NCBI GenBank assembly: GCA_964106645.2 | Contig: OZ067047.1 | Length of the DNA: 64,000 bases | Reading direction: 5' to 3' (one strand) | From: Podarcis pityusensis | Lineage: Eukaryota | Shown here: positions 25,167-39,629 of the stretch, in pieces | How the letters are laid out: the number at the start of each line of letters is the position of its first letter | Position numbering within the stretch: the stretch's first letter is position 1 | The notes under the pieces: generated by a model | Databases searched by the model: none | Told to the model about the DNA's origin: nothing | What the model saw: only the letters and a program-made list of their open reading frames with translations | Program-made: the position numbers and the translations under genes

Positions 25167-26659
25167 CAAGGTCTAGGATACACAGTTAAAACAACTGAGC
25201 CAAAAGCCTTTACTACAACTAAGTCTCATGAAGGCTGCACACTGTAGACCAACTGTACCCCAACAGTCCAACTGATCTGAAGATTTTAAAAGTTAGTGGA
25301 ATAAAAGGTTTCACCTTTCTCATGTAAACTACATTCCCCCAAGCTACATACTTTGGTGCAGTTCTAATCCAAGGCTTCATCTCTGCTCCGGAGTTGTGCC
25401 ACTGATTCATGATACATTGTGATTCCTGAGGCAGATAAGTGATACCCCCAAGGTGGTAACAATATACCGTAATTCTAAACTAAATAATGGGTCATTTCTA
25501 ACCTTTAAAGATATTCCAGTATTGCCACCTGAGGCAGGTCACACTTTGCCTTATGGCAGAACTGGCCCAGTTCTCTAGCCAATGTTTGTGAAATTGTAAT
25601 CTCAATTTAACTTTTTCTCTAATAGGGCAGAACCACAACAAATTCTAGCTCCAAGTAGAGAAGACAATTTCTATTGTTCTCTTCAGTTTTTAAATTCCAA
25701 AAAATATAAACAGGAGAGAAAGAGAATATGCATATGATACAGGAGCCTAGGAAGGACTTATAATGTACTGAATCCAAAACTTCTTAAAACAAATCCTAAT
25801 AGGACTTGTTTACAGAAGGAAGATGGCATAGAAGGGCAACAGCAGAAGGCAAGCTCAAGAAGGATAGCAGGTGGTAACAGTCACTGGTAACAGATATTGA
25901 CAGGAAGGGCGCAGCTGAGAAATGGGCTGAGTGATTTATGGACTACAGCCCCCGAGCCGCTCATTCAAAAGCCGGAGCCTAATTGTTGTGGAGTTCTTAT
26001 AATTGCACATGCGCACAGGGCACCAGCTGGCTTCACTCGATAAATGGAAATAAAGTATTTCCAGGCACCCCAGCCCAGACTCTGGGATGTCATCCCTTCA
26101 CTCTCTATTATTTCCATAATTAGCTGTGCATGGGCAGAGTTCAGAATCCATTTCCAGTCACAAATATCCAAAGCCAGACTCTCCCGACAAAGCAGATAGC
26201 AACATCCATCCAGACCAACATATTTTGCTAGGAATGCACAAGCATTGCTCCCTTAGGAATTGCGCTATTGTGAAAGTTCTAATCAAGCATTTAAAAGAGA
26301 CTCAAAGAAACTCACAATGAACATACCTCCCCCACCACCAGCTTCCCCTTCCCAGGTTGCCCCCAGCCCAATAAATTACCTTTGGAGAATGCAAAGACAA
26401 TGGAGAATTCTTTCAGCTGAGAGTTCTTTCCTGGTGAGGACTGAGGCTACCTGTTCTAGAATCTCCAGCAGAAATAGTATGTAATGCATCTATTTCTTAC
26501 TGGAGATTCTAGGACTGGTAGCCCTTGTCTCTGGTGGGGAAAAAATGCTCTGCTGAAGAACTCCCTAGCTCCACTTTCCCGTTCCCTAAAAGTATATTCT
26601 TGTGGAGGGAAGGAACAAGTCAGCTTGCAGGATCAAGGCAAGCACAGACCTACTTGTGA

Positions 26660-26989
26660 CATATCTAAAAAAATGTAGTATAAACACTGACAACTGGGAG
26701 ACACTGGCCTGCGAGCGCTCCAGTTGGAGAACAGCCTTCACCAAAGGTGTCATGGGCTTTGAATACACTCGAACTCAGGACGCAAGGGAGAAACGTGCTA
26801 AGAGGAAGGCACACTTGGCAAATCCACCCTGTGATCAACTCCTGCCCAGGAACCAATGTCCCCACTGTGGAAGGACGTGTGGGTCCAGAATTGGCCTCCA
26901 CAGTCACTTACGGACTCATTGATAAAACTGTGTTAATGGAAGACAATCTTACTCGGCTATGAGTGATCACCAAAGAAGAAGAAGAAGAA
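26660..26989 (+). mobile_element. 5'-truncated RTE-clade (BovB/Expander-like) LINE 3' end
   Basis: Encodes WETLACERSSWR...CPHCGRTCGSRIGLHSHLRTH*, a typical RTE ORF C-terminus, followed by a short 3'UTR and a (GAA)n tail. Confidence 0.9.
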
Positions 26990-27011
26990 TTGTTGCTATC
27001 CTTGGTCCAAT

Positions 27012-27335
27012 CTAGGGATGGGAAAACTTTTTTAACCTGAGGGCCATATTCTCTTCTGAGAGCCATCTGCCAGTGATTGGTGGGACCAGAGACAAACGTG
27101 TGTGGCGCAACATGTGAACATTTTGTCTTTATACAATAGGTTAGTTTCTATACACTTTCACACATCCCTCTCTGTCCTCCATTGAGAAAAAGCACAGGGC
27201 ATTAACAGGGTGAAATGACCCATTTATATGTTTCCCATCAAGCAAAACATTTGGAATGCAAAGTGTGGCCTTGAGAGAGTTCTGAGGGACAGGTTTGGAG
27301 GGCTGCATTTGGCCCCCAAGCCTGAGGTTCCTTGC
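27012..27335. mobile_element. Degenerate hAT/Charlie-like non-autonomous element
   Basis: agggatgggaaaac...cctgagggccat start and ggcccccaagcctgaggttcc end; similar element at ~49370-49715. Confidence 0.5.
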
Positions 27336-28699
27336 TCTAACAAGAAATACAAAATAAAAGTCCTGTCCTATCTCCAGAAAACATTGCTGTCAATGTGTTT
27401 CAGCTGGGAAAGGCAGTACAAGTCCTGCTGACTGCAACACCATTTGCTTTAGCCCACACATAATATAATGGAAGCCATTCTAAAATGAAGCCTCCTCCTA
27501 GCTGCCAATCTCCGCCATGGATTCTATCTCTTGCTAATGATAGGCACGACAGAACACAGGAACTGGCCTTTATATGTTTGATTACCTAAAGACTCATCTA
27601 GTCAGATGGGTGGTAGGACAGCCCTTAGGTATGGTGCACAGAAAATGCCCACCCCCATCCACAAATCATTAGACCATTTGCTCTTCCTGAGCCATTCCTG
27701 TCTGTACTGGCCCAGCCTCTCCTATGTTGAACAAGCCCTCTTAAACATGGCCACATTTCACTGGGTGCCAGAATTGGACACCCTCCGTCCCATCTGTTCT
27801 GAACAGAGGTGCAAATAACTTGCCTCTGTGTGAGACAGAGCGACACAGGCTGATGTAGTTGGCTTTCTCGTTGATGGGGTGGCTGCTTGTAGTCCTGCCT
27901 CTTTTCTGCTCTTTTAGATGTGGCATCCATTTTTTATTCGTCACACACACATCCCAGCAACCATTTAGTGACTAGCACCCACAGTACTTTCTCAGAATTC
28001 CAAATATGCCCGCTGGCCTATAAAGATTGGCAACCCCCTGCCTTATCCTCTCGCAATAGGTGCTGTGGAACTCTTGGTTCGTGCACAGCTGCTTGCATTT
28101 CAAAGAGCTGGGTGCTCCAGTCTCCCCTTTACCATCTCTCAGACTCTGTGGTTCTCTGAAAGCATTGGTGCCCCAGATATCCTCTTGGCTTCTCCGTGCA
28201 GTAGCAGCAGCTTAACCCCTAACACAGGATGTGAAGTAAGAGTAGTGTAGCACTGAGCATAAAGGGTTGTGTTTCCCCTACTGGCTGTGAAAAAAGGCCT
28301 CTCACCCCCTTGATTTATCCCATGAGGTTGTTTTTGAGGCTAGAGATTAAAACAGTAGGTCATTTTTGCATGCTGGAAGTCTTATAGAAATAACTGGGGC
28401 GCTGCTAATTACCGGTAATCAGTCAGGGCCAATTTCTGTCAGTGATGATCAATTTTTACTTGATGGGTCTCCACGACGTTTCATTACAGCATAACAAATT
28501 GAAGCTTTTGTTTTTAAATTCTAAGTCATCTTTCAGGGTATCAAAAAGGCACATGTATTCAGTTTTGGGTAATGTGCTAATCTGATTTATTTAAAAGGCA
28601 GATTATTAACTGAAAACTATTTTAATTCATGAGGCTGCATGTTAAACCAAAGCAAGGGTGGGTGGAGAAGCGGGGGAAATGATGGCTTGGTGTTAAAGC

Positions 28700-29530
28700 C
28701 ATAAAGTCTGCGTTGGTCTCTGGTCTCACACAGCCTGCGTCAATGAGGCCGCGGGAGACACACCTACCCACTTGGGAAACGCGAGTCTTCCCTCTGAATT
28801 TCCCGATCACTGCCCGGAGTTCAGGGCCAGCGCAGAACTCCCCAGGCACCGCTTTAACCGCGCTACGTACAATGATCTTCCAAAACACAGGGGGAGAGAG
28901 AGAATGCCATTGTCCGCTAGCCTGTAAAGCAGAAGGCTCTGCATGGAAGGCGCGCGCAGCCCGGGCATGGAGCGCAATATGCACAGGAACTAAACTGAAA
29001 GAGGATCAAAAGCAGGGCGAAGCGGAGAAAGTATTAGCCCAGCCTCCCCGGCAGGCCAGCCGAGCATCCCGTTTCCCGCTCTGGCCGACTCGCTCTGCTT
29101 TCGCCCCCCTGCCTCGCGGTTTGCAGCCAGAGGCAACTTCGGGAATTTTGCGTTCAGCAGCCCCTCTCGCGGCTGGCGAAGACCGAGCTCCCCGCTACAG
29201 GGATCCTTCCTTGCCAGTAGGCGGCAGCATTGCCCGCCGTTTGGGGGCCGGCGACACAAGCCGTGCTTGGGGGCCCGGTTTCACAAGTGACGCTTGAAAT
29301 AGGTTTCTCTCGAAGGCGGTAAAAGCCCGCGTTGGCGAGAATGTACCGTTTTCTGTTTGTTTGTTTGTTTGTTTGTTTGTTTGTTTGTTTGTTGTGGTTT
29401 GTTTTTAACGGCACTCTCGACTTTTTTGGGGGGGCGGCGCAACCATCCTCACAAGCGATTCATTCCAGACTAAAACGCGCTTTTGGCGTCACGTGTAAAA
29501 ACAGCCTGGCTAACCACGCCCACTCAGAAT
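28700..29530. promoter_or_regulatory. Orphan CpG island (alternative promoter or developmental enhancer)
   Basis: CpG-rich, non-repetitive ~0.8 kb; GTCACGTG E-box at 29488-29495; no credible CDS. Confidence 0.6.
29355..29404. repeat. (GTTT)n microsatellite
   Basis: Read directly. Confidence 0.95.
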
Positions 29531-29921
29531 TAAGCCCGTTGAGTTCATAGTGATTTATTATATCCTGACCAGCTATATCTATGATTGCAGCATTAGGTTT
29601 TTAAAGCATGACAGCCAAAAAGAGGGTTCTGGCTTGGAGTGAATCTATGCCACCATCACAGCACACTTTCTAGTTCTTGGAAGGAAGCAACAGCATCATT
29701 TTAGGGTACTAGGTAGGGGAGGTCAGTACCCCCCACCCATTTGCAGACTACTTGTTCTTATTCCTCAGGAGCATCATTTGTAGGGTTTTAAAAAGCAATA
29801 TATTTATAAAATCTCATAAATATACTTCAGTGGTTACAGATTTTGATTGTTGTGAAGGATTGCCAGTTCCTCATCCCTGACCTGTTGAGTAAAAAATTTA
29901 AAGAGCTTTCACTGTATAAAC

Positions 29922-30059
29922 CAAGGCTAGGGAACCTGTGGCCCTTCTGACACTGTCAGACTACAGCCTCCCAATATTCCCTGACTTGTTCTTGCTGCCT
30001 GGGACTGATGGGAGCTGGAGTCCAACAGCATCTAGAAGGCCACACATCCTCTATCCCTG
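29922..30059. mobile_element. hAT MITE with intact TSD
   Basis: caaggctagggaacctgtggcc ... ggccacacatcctctatccctg; perfect 8-bp TSD GTATAAAC (29914-29921, 30060-30067). Confidence 0.88.
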
Positions 30060-30139
30060 GTATAAACATTTGTCTCTGAGAATGCCTTCAGTTGTAGACT
30101 GAATCTGATGTGTGCACATCTGGGCACAGCATGCAGCAG

Positions 30140-32425
30140 GTCTGGGAAACCAGTGGCCCATCAGATGTTGTAGGACTCAAACTCCCATTGGCTCAGCCAG
30201 TAGGTAACAACAGTCAGGAATGATGGGAGCTGGAGTCCAGCAACTTCAGGAGGCCACGGGGTTCCCATCGCTGGTTGCATGTACACATTGCTGGCTTCAA
30301 AAAACACAGCAGATCCTGACATAAAATCCCGATTAGTTAATCAACATGAAACCAAAGCTTCAAATTTTCAGATGTAATGGAAAACCAGCTTAAAACAAGA
30401 CAGGATTCCCACACTAAGGCTGGTATGTGAGGGGCAGAGTATGCAGACCTGGGCGATCATGTCTGGCTTCACAAACTCTGGTTTACAAGGGAGACAACAA
30501 TGCTGCCTCCACACTGGACCAGTGAGTTACTTCTCATCACACAAACACACAAACTGCCTCCGCTCTGGGAAAAATCACATTTGGAATCCACCCACATCAA
30601 GCTCCTTCCTTTAAATGAGAATTAAAGTGCCTTTAGGAGCAACTGTAGGAAATTATACACAACATTCCATGGAAACTGAGCCATACCAATCATGTCCCAA
30701 GTAGTTCCTATGATGTCAGAGACAGAAGAGGGAGCAAACCACTTAACTTGGCTGAATACCAATGCTCAGTCACAGACCATGTGACATGATACTAAAGAAG
30801 ACAGTACAGTGTTTAGAATATCATAACAGCTACACTAAAACATTAACATGACGATCAAATAACACCACTGCGGTTGCAGTTTGGTATACAGGACATTTGA
30901 CTAAATGTCACTAAAGCAGCTTTCCCCAACTGGGTGCCCTTCAGATGTTGGACTTCCATCATTCTTGACCATGGGCCATGCTGGCTAATGGAGCTGCTGA
31001 AGTTGCATGCAGTTAGTTCAATAAATCTGGAGGGCACCAAGTTGGGGAAGGCAGCATTGAAGTGCCTTTAACCTAGCTTCTCCAACAAAGCAGAACTACA
31101 AGGAGGATAGCCTTTAGCAATGCATTAGTATTATCCATCTAATCCTTTCCCTTTCTGGCTTTTAAAAGCACATTACAAAGCAGGGTAGCACCATCCTAAG
31201 CACAAGGCCAGAGAAGCAGAGAGACTAGCCTAAAGTCATACTGTTTGAAGCAGTGCCTGGAACAGAGTGCAGGACCCTAAAATTTTGCTGCTCTAATACA
31301 GCCTTCCTAATACCAAAGATGGCATATTTCCCTTTCATACATATGTCTGTAAACCACACCTGCAAGAGATTAGCTGCCAAAAAGGAAAACCTCAGGCTCC
31401 TCCCGGTTCAACCTCTGCCAGCGGGAGTGGGGGACAAATGCATGTAAACGCTGGCTTTCCTTACAGCAAGGTTTTAATCCCCTGGGCTTTCAGACAGCAT
31501 ACCTTTTATTTTATGCCACACATGCATAAAAGTCACACTGCCTACATTACCAGTTCAGCTCAGCTATGTGCATACCTGAGAAGCTAGGTTAATTTAAAAC
31601 AGGGCTGGGGAACCAGATGCTGTTGGGACTCACATCCAGCATGGGTAACAGCCTGGAATGATGGGAGCTGTAGTGTAGAGAGCCACAGGTTCCCCACCCC
31701 TGACTTAAAGGAAAATGCCATAAGGCTATAAAAGGATTTCTGGCATTATAACTGCTTCTATAATTTGGTAGCCACAATATATTACAGCAAACATAGTACA
31801 ACGCATTGTGGCAAAGACTAATTGTTATTGAGAAATGATAATTCATAGGTGAGAGCACGGGGAGGGAATCTGTGGTCCTCCAGATGTTGTTGGGCACCCA
31901 CAACCATAAGCCCCAGCCAGGACAGACAGTGGTCAGTGGTCTGCCCCCCCAGAGTTCAGTTATTTAGTGATAGCAAATGTGTGTATTAGTATTAGGTAGA
32001 AGGAATAACAATGCTGCCCCTTTTTAGACCCCAAGGCAGGTTGGGAAATGTAGGCACAGCAATATTCTACTTTTTATTGGCTTTGCCAGAGAGCAGGAAA
32101 ATATCTCCCTTACTTCTTTGTAATCTTGTGGCAGTCTAGTTATGGCAAACCCAAGAAGAAGGGTGAACTCACTTCGTGAGCTCCACAGAGAACTTCATAA
32201 AAAGCTTCTAACCATCTTCATTCAGAGCCACAGAACAGCCTATTGGAATGTGAATAATATTTCTACATGTGCCTTGATTATCGTCAATAAATCTACGTAT
32301 GAGAGCTTTGTGAAGTTTTGTTAATACTATCCAGAAAGAGAGATAAATCTCCAGACGCAACAGTCAGGGATGATGGGAGCTGTAGTCCAACAACATCATG
32401 GAGGGCCACACTTTCCCTAACCTTG
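30140..32425. mobile_element. Five further copies of the same hAT MITE family
   Basis: Copies at ~30140-30272, 30915-31055, 31600-31702, 31856-31935 and 32362-32425 share cagatgttg/gactacaactccca/tgatgggagctg motifs. Confidence 0.7.
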
Positions 32426-32842
32426 GGCAAACCTACATTATCCAAAACATGAAATGGCCTAAAAGCCTAGCAAGTTACTATAGAGCTCCAAATATATAAA
32501 ACACTTTAATAGCATATTTCCAAAATGACAGAATACATTCTCATGAGCACTGTTGGAACAGGAACTCAGGAAGTGTCTTACTGTGTGGTTGTGCTTTCCT
32601 TGTAGCAATTGGGTGTTAAATCTGATTTAGTTTCTTCTTCCAGAAGATCCAGCTATAGCTCTATATCTCGGGGGAATCAGCATTAAAGGGAGACTAGTCT
32701 AGAGTACTGCTGGACATTCATGGCTGTTTACAGCATCCAGTGCAGCCTTCGCTCTAGTTTCCATATATAAATTGACATCAGAGTTATGGTTCTTTTTTTA
32801 AGAAACTAACCATAAAACACCAGACCTAGAATCCCACACATT

Positions 32843-32990
32843 TTTTTTATTTATTGAATTTATATACCGCCCTATACCCACACGTTTCAGGGCAGTTCAC
32901 AGAATAAAATCAGAATATAAAACCACGAAATATATAAACAAAATAAAAACAATAACAAGCCAATAACCCCCAAACACATTTTAGAAGGCC
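32843..32990 (-). mobile_element. LINE2-like 3' tail
   Basis: tttattgaatttatataccgccctatacc...tcagggcagttcaca; related copy at 34325-34455. Confidence 0.6.
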
Positions 32991-35954
32991 ATGCATTAAA
33001 ACAACAGGAAAAAAAGCATACTGCAAATTTGCGTGTTATGCAATTTTTTTATTGATCTGCATAGGTAACATTAGAAGGGGACTTGGTGTTCCCATTGAAG
33101 ACCTAACTTTATTTTGGATGGTTTAAATTCAACAGTTAATTAACATTCCTACCCATGATTTGAATAGGCACTCAAATTCCCAGCAATATATACATATCAG
33201 TGTGGTGCAAGTGTCCTGTTATTTTTACTCAGGGCGTTAAAACAGGGTCCAGAAGGGAATGGCTTCTGTCCCATGACCAGGAAACCTGTCTGAACCATCA
33301 CACACTCTTAGTTCCCTTCCATTGCAGGATATGCATGTCAGTACACCCCAGTCACTCACCTGGCAAGAAGGCAACCCACTACAGTATAGGGAATTCACAT
33401 GTGCAGCTTCCCTTGTCTGCAGTGCCAAAAAACAAGCCCATTGATGCTAATCTACCCCTGTCTCACAGCTCAGATGCTTTTCTGTGGCTAAGCCCCTTAT
33501 AATGGTTTTACTAAAATCCCCTTTTGATGGAAAAAAATCCCAGCTGGAAGTTTCAGGCAACACCACAATATGCAAGTCTGCGGGTTTCTTTCCCCAGTTT
33601 CACAAAAGCCTCTAATGGAGTGGAAAATTTGCTGGAGGCCAGAAGTTTGGGGCTGCAATTATTTTTAAAGGATTATCAGGAGAGAATGGGAGGCGCTTAG
33701 TGCTCTTCTCCTCCCTTTCTATCCCCTCTTTGTGTTTTGATCTGTGCTGCTTTTAAACAGATTCAGCAAGAACCCTCCTTCACTGCAGCTGAGAAATGGA
33801 GCATCCTAGCTTCAACTGCCTCACTTCTCTATCTCCAGTGAACAGAAGTCAGAACTCCAGTTTAAAGAGGCCACTGGCTGAAGTGAGGGTTGCCAGATTT
33901 TTAACTGGCCTGTTCCTGGAGTTTTAACAGCATCTTGACATGCAAATACTTAGCAGGTACAGCTGTTCTTGGCATGGAGATAAAGTCATGGGGAAAGGAA
34001 ATGGGCAGAGAGCCAAGGTAGAGCCTGGCTAGTCCAAGGTTGCGGTCACTAGCAAAAAACAAACCAACCCCAAAATGTTATCAGGCTGGCTCTGAAGTTT
34101 ACTTGCTTTTCAAACCCTGATGGTGCTCACTCTGCAGAATCCAGCTTGCTAGTAAGTCAAGTGGAATAATGACTGGATATAACAAAAAAGCCAACATTGG
34201 AAGAGACAACAAAATATAGTCAGGAAGACAGGAATGATGATGATGATGATAGGAGCACTTTCAAATGTTCAAAACACTACACATGTATTATCTAATTGTA
34301 ATCCTTACCACAACCCTGTAAGATTTGTTAGATTTGTATACCGCCCTGTACCTGCAGGTCTCAGGGTGGTTACAACATAAAATCATAATATAAAAACAAA
34401 AAATACATAATAATAAAAAACAGCCAATAAACCCACCCTCCCCAACACATTTTAAAATATTTTTAAACTTATTTATTTCTTAGGTTTGTTTGATTATTTA
34501 TTAGATATTACAGATGGGGACTGATGCTGAGGCAGAGTTCAGATCTCCCCCATAAATAATGTAAAAATTAGTAAATAAATACTGTATTTATGTGAGCCAT
34601 TGCTCACAGCAGGCTTGCTCCTTACTGAGGAAAACAGAAGTTCCCATATTCAGAGCTCTGTCAACCACAAAAACATACATAGATGTCTGCGGGCCCCACA
34701 AAGAGGGAGAAGAAGGCCTCATTATCCAAAACCTGGGTGGATTTCCCCTGTCCTGACTTGATGCCAGTATTTATAACCCATGGCCATAGCATTCCTGAGG
34801 GAAGCACCATAATAGCACAGAGAGGAGAGACATCCAAGTACCACCTACGTCTGTGGGAAAACTCACAACTCAAGCATAAACCCAGGTGTTGCTCCTTAAG
34901 GCACACAACCTGGGCTTGAATTCAGATCACCACTCCCACAGTATGGGAACTGCCGATGGGCCAAGATGCTATTCTCAGTGCTTAACACAGTATGTTATGC
35001 ATCTCGCTCATTCAGACATGCACACACAAAGTGCTGCTTGCAAAACCACAAGCTTTGGAAAAGGTTACGTGTCCATTTGTGCAAAAGGCATAGTGCAAGA
35101 GGTACGATACAGGCACGCAAGCTGCTCATGTGCAGCACAGCTCTTGCGAGGTGAATGGAGGTTTGAGCTTGTTTGCAGCTAAGGGACTCACCGCTCAGGT
35201 TAACTCCAGTCTCTGACAGTTATCCAGAGATCTAATCATATGCCATCTCCACCCTTGGCCAAGATCCAGCCGAATTACGTTATGCACTTAGGGATGTGTG
35301 TCTCACCACAAACAAACCTCAAAGGACCCATCTGTACTTTCGCAGAACTAAACATGCAGGAAAGTAGCAGAGGCCTAAAGGAGCTCAGTTTTCATTACAA
35401 AATATAACCTGCCAGGTCTGGAATTCAGCATTTTTAAAAAGTTGTTTAAAAAGTTGTTGCAGTCAGACCATTCAGATTCTGCAACTGGAGTAAATTAAGG
35501 GGGGTGGGGAGGCATGTTTTCACAGAGATGCTTAATTTTAAATATATTGGGTTGAATCTAGACTTAGGCTGAAATTCTAACCCTACTTAGCTGAGAGTAA
35601 GCACCACTGAATTCAGTGGGACATATTTCTGAGTAGGCATGGCAAGGATTGCAGCCCAAGTAAGTTGCGCTAAGATCTCAACATAATCAACGGGACTTAC
35701 ATCAGGACTGAAACTTGTTCCATTAATTTTAATGGAACATAAATTCAACTTTAGTCTGGATGAGTCTGGATGCAACCCACTGAATTTAAAGTCTGAAAAA
35801 AAGTTACAACAGGATTCTTCTATTTTGACATTTAGTTGCAAACATTTCAAATGGAGACGAGAGGGGCTAGTAACATGTTCTTATTTAAAATTGAAAGAAC
35901 AGGTCTTTAGAATCCAGGTCTTCGGTATTTTTCAGTTGACCAAAACCAAGATTC

Positions 35955-36185
35955 CCCCATTTCTTTTTCCTTGGTCTTCTTTTTCCAGGCTCAACATACC
36001 CAATTCCTTCAGCTTTTCCTTACAAAACGTCTTTCCCACATCCCTGATCACCTTTATTACCATCCTTAATGCAGTCCAGAATAGCATTAGCTCATTTTGC
36101 AGCTACGTCACACTGCTGACTTGCATTCAGCCTGCAATCAACTGCAACACTGAGATACATTTGTTTCTGATGAATTCTATTTTGA
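35955..36185 (-). mobile_element. CR1 LINE fragment
   Basis: cttcttttttccaggctcaacatacccaattccttcagc...tagcattagctc...cacactgctgactt; resembles 57590-57660. Confidence 0.6.
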
Positions 36186-38046
36186 TTCTCTGAAATCTTG
36201 ATGTGTGAATCCTATTATTTGTATTTTCAGACTATGGTGTTTTGAAGCTACTATATATTATCTTTAAATGAGCCCCTGTTAAAAGTTACTGAACCAGGGA
36301 GGAGGAAAGCGCTTGTTTTTACACCTTAGATGGGGTTGGCAGAAGCCACCCACTGCTTATATTGGGTTTCAGACAGAGATGATGTGGGGTTCAGGACAGG
36401 CATGCAATGGTAGAGGCTTTATTTTTGTAGATAAGCAGGACTGCAGGGGCAAAACCTATGTCAATATGAATCCTATGGAAAATATTGCTCTTGTAGGCAG
36501 AAGAGAGGCTGGTTGTGTTTGTGTATTCAGGCACTGTATATATGAAGATATTTTAGAAACCTCTATACTTAGCCATTGTGGTTTAGATCTTTTTCCAGGC
36601 CAGGGATAATTGTGTAAGCGTGTAGTCAGCACTGGCCAAACAGCGACTTTTAAACTATGCAGTCATTGCCAATTCTGTGAAGGTTTTACATTTGAGAGAT
36701 GTTCAACCCAAGACCCAATTATTAAAGAAAATAACAACAGAACCCAACCAACTCTGCCATCACTGTGCGTTGCTCTTTCGTTATCTTGCTTTAATTGGCT
36801 GCCTCAAGTCAAGATCTTGCTAAGTGGCCAAGTTAAACTTACGGGGGCCGTAGGGGAAGTGATGATGTAGTTGACTTAACTGGTGCCTAAGCTTCCTCTC
36901 TGAGTCAGACCTGAATCAGGGCTACAGAATGAAGCTAGGAAGTGGTCTCTCTCATTCAGAAGAGAAATAAGGACACTTGACCGCCTGCGGTCATGAGAAC
37001 TAGAGTCAGTTTTCATGGCTGGGATGAGTGGAGAGGAGTGATCATTAGGAAGGCCAAATGCCTGCAGTGGTAATTATATTTTGCCTTGCGAAGTTTTTCC
37101 TAAACTGCATTGTGGAGAGCTTTCTACTTCACTTTCTTTCCAAGGACACTGGTGTTTATTATGGTTTAGCAACCCTGAAGCAGATTCAACTTGCATCTGT
37201 CCAGAACATTCCAGACCACAGTGACCTATTATCACCTACATAGAAATTATATTCAGATCTGTGCTGACAAATTTACTGCAGTTTGAACACACTGAAATAT
37301 TTTGGTGGCTCCGTCCCATCGGGAGGCGGGAGGTGTGGAAATGATTCAAAACAAGACCTCTGCTAAAAACCAGCTGCCATTTGGAAGTTGTCGTATGCCT
37401 GTGGTCAGCAGTGTATCTACAAACATGCTAGAAATGACTGACACAGTTTGAGACAGTGTCTTGCCAGTAAAGTGATAGGAATAAGATTACTGTCATTATT
37501 AGGGCTTCAGACATCTGAGCAGCTTAATGGCCTCTTTTGAATATATGTTGGCAAACCATACTGGAATCCTTTAGGCAAAATGCTATTAAATCAAAGTGAC
37601 AGTGCTCCTCATGATGACTACTTTTCTAAAAAATAATAATGTGATTTGGTCTTTCTGTTGCTGCCCGCAGGAACATTTGATACATCAAGGCCAGGGAACC
37701 CTGTATATAGTTTGGTGCTGTAGTTGTTTTAAAGTGAGTGTTAAATAGGTTAGAGATGGCAAGGACAGTTGAGAAGTGCTTACAAACAATTTCCCCTTCA
37801 CTATCCCAGAAATGTAACTGTGAATTAACTTTTCCCCCAAAACCACCTTGAGATAAAACAAACAAACAAGGTACATATTTTTATATAAATGTATAAAGAT
37901 GGTGGGGGAGAGGGAGGTTTATCGGTTTGTGGTTTTTATTTTTGTTATGTATTTATATTGCATTTTACATTATATTGCATTTTACATTGTGAACTGCCCT
38001 GAGATCTATGGATGAAGGGTGGTATACAAATTTAATAAATAAAACT

Positions 38047-38054
38047 AGATAGAT

Positions 38055-38088
<34 letters not shown>
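38047..38088. repeat. (TAGA)n microsatellite following an L2-like tail
   Basis: Read directly. Confidence 0.9.
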
Positions 38089-38089
<1 letters not shown>

Positions 38090-39629
38090 TAAAGTGGGGG
38101 CTCTACAACAATGCTTTGGGATATCTTTAGTGTGCATGTGTTACCTGAGCCTGTGGCTGAGGAGCCTGGAGAGGGAAAGTCAGCACTGAAAACAGGAATC
38201 CCTGCTGTATCTTGAGTTTTACTTCATGTGCAAAATTTAGCTGATTTTTTAACATTTGAAAGTGCAGCCCATCTACATGGAAGTCAATGGAGCATGTGGC
38301 TTCTTCATGCAATTTATTTATTTATTCTCCCGCCCTTCTACCATGCAGGTGGCCTTGAGGCTCTTGGAGGAAAGGTGGGATATAAATGAAATAAATTAAA
38401 ACATAGCATGTAATATTATGTTGATAATAACCAAAGGGAGAGTTTAATAATAATAACAACACAATAGACATGTACAACTCAACAGAACAAATTATGAGGG
38501 AGGAGGGAGAGGTTAAAAATGCACTTCTGATAAAATAGATCTGTTGTGTGGCATAAAACTGGCAGCAAGGTTGAAATCAATCAATTTAAAAACATGATTT
38601 AAAAGAAGCTTTAGTTTAAGATTTTTTGCAAAATATACAAGTTCATTTTAATTTGCATTGCTGACTTACATATATACACCCTAAGAGCAGAAGGAAGACT
38701 CAAAAACAGTACATATGAAAATAGTCAGGGTTTCAGTTAGCTGATGAGGTTCAGTTGCAGCCTCTAGCAATTGATGGTTTAAGCCCCAGAGATATCCTTC
38801 CCATTGAACACAGATGCATTACAAAGTGTTTATTAGAAAAAAACCTATGTGACATTCCACTTAGCAGTATACACTCCTGAATTATAAGTGTGGCAATCCC
38901 ATGTTCTCTGCATAAGCAGTATAGAATATGTTCTCTCTTTACTCACTACAGCAGACTTCACAAACTCTCCAGGGCACCAATGCTTCTTGAGGCTGATGGG
39001 AGTTGTAGTCCTAAATACCGGTAACTGGAGATCACCTGCTGGCCAAGGCTGCGATACAGAATATCTCCCCCCCCCCCCCCGCCCCCAGTCCTTTGACAAT
39101 GGGGATCTATTTTATTTATTAGATCAGTACTGCTCTTAATTTAGAAAACCACAGAGTGGTTGACACACAAGAATATAAAATACACAGCCAGAACAACAAA
39201 ACTGAACCAGAAAAATCATATTTCTCCTATATCAGTTCCAGGCACCAAGGATTTTGACTGCTGAACATTGAATTCTAAGACTATTAACCACACGCAAGCA
39301 CCTTGACGTCTTGATCGTACTGTTCATATAGATATCACAAAGCCTGCAAATAACCAATTTCAAAACTGCTCTCATATTACAGAGGACACTTTTATTTGTT
39401 GCTGCTTGTTGGGATGTCAAATGGTAGCAGTCACACAGTGCAGCACAATGCAGTATAAAAAGATTCCCCTCCCCAAACTATTATCTTGTTAAAAGCTTTA
39501 GAAAGCATTTAGAGCTATAATTCATCTCGGAATCTGGCCAGGTCACAAAACACCCTTGGAATTTTAATTGCCCTGATCTCTAGTTTTATTTACTATTTGA
39601 AAGGGAGGGCTCCAGCAGCACAGGGTCTA

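Noticed and set aside
28622-29414. ORFs of 120-194 aa in the orphan CpG island
   Set aside because: GC-driven, no recognisable domain, several with non-ATG starts
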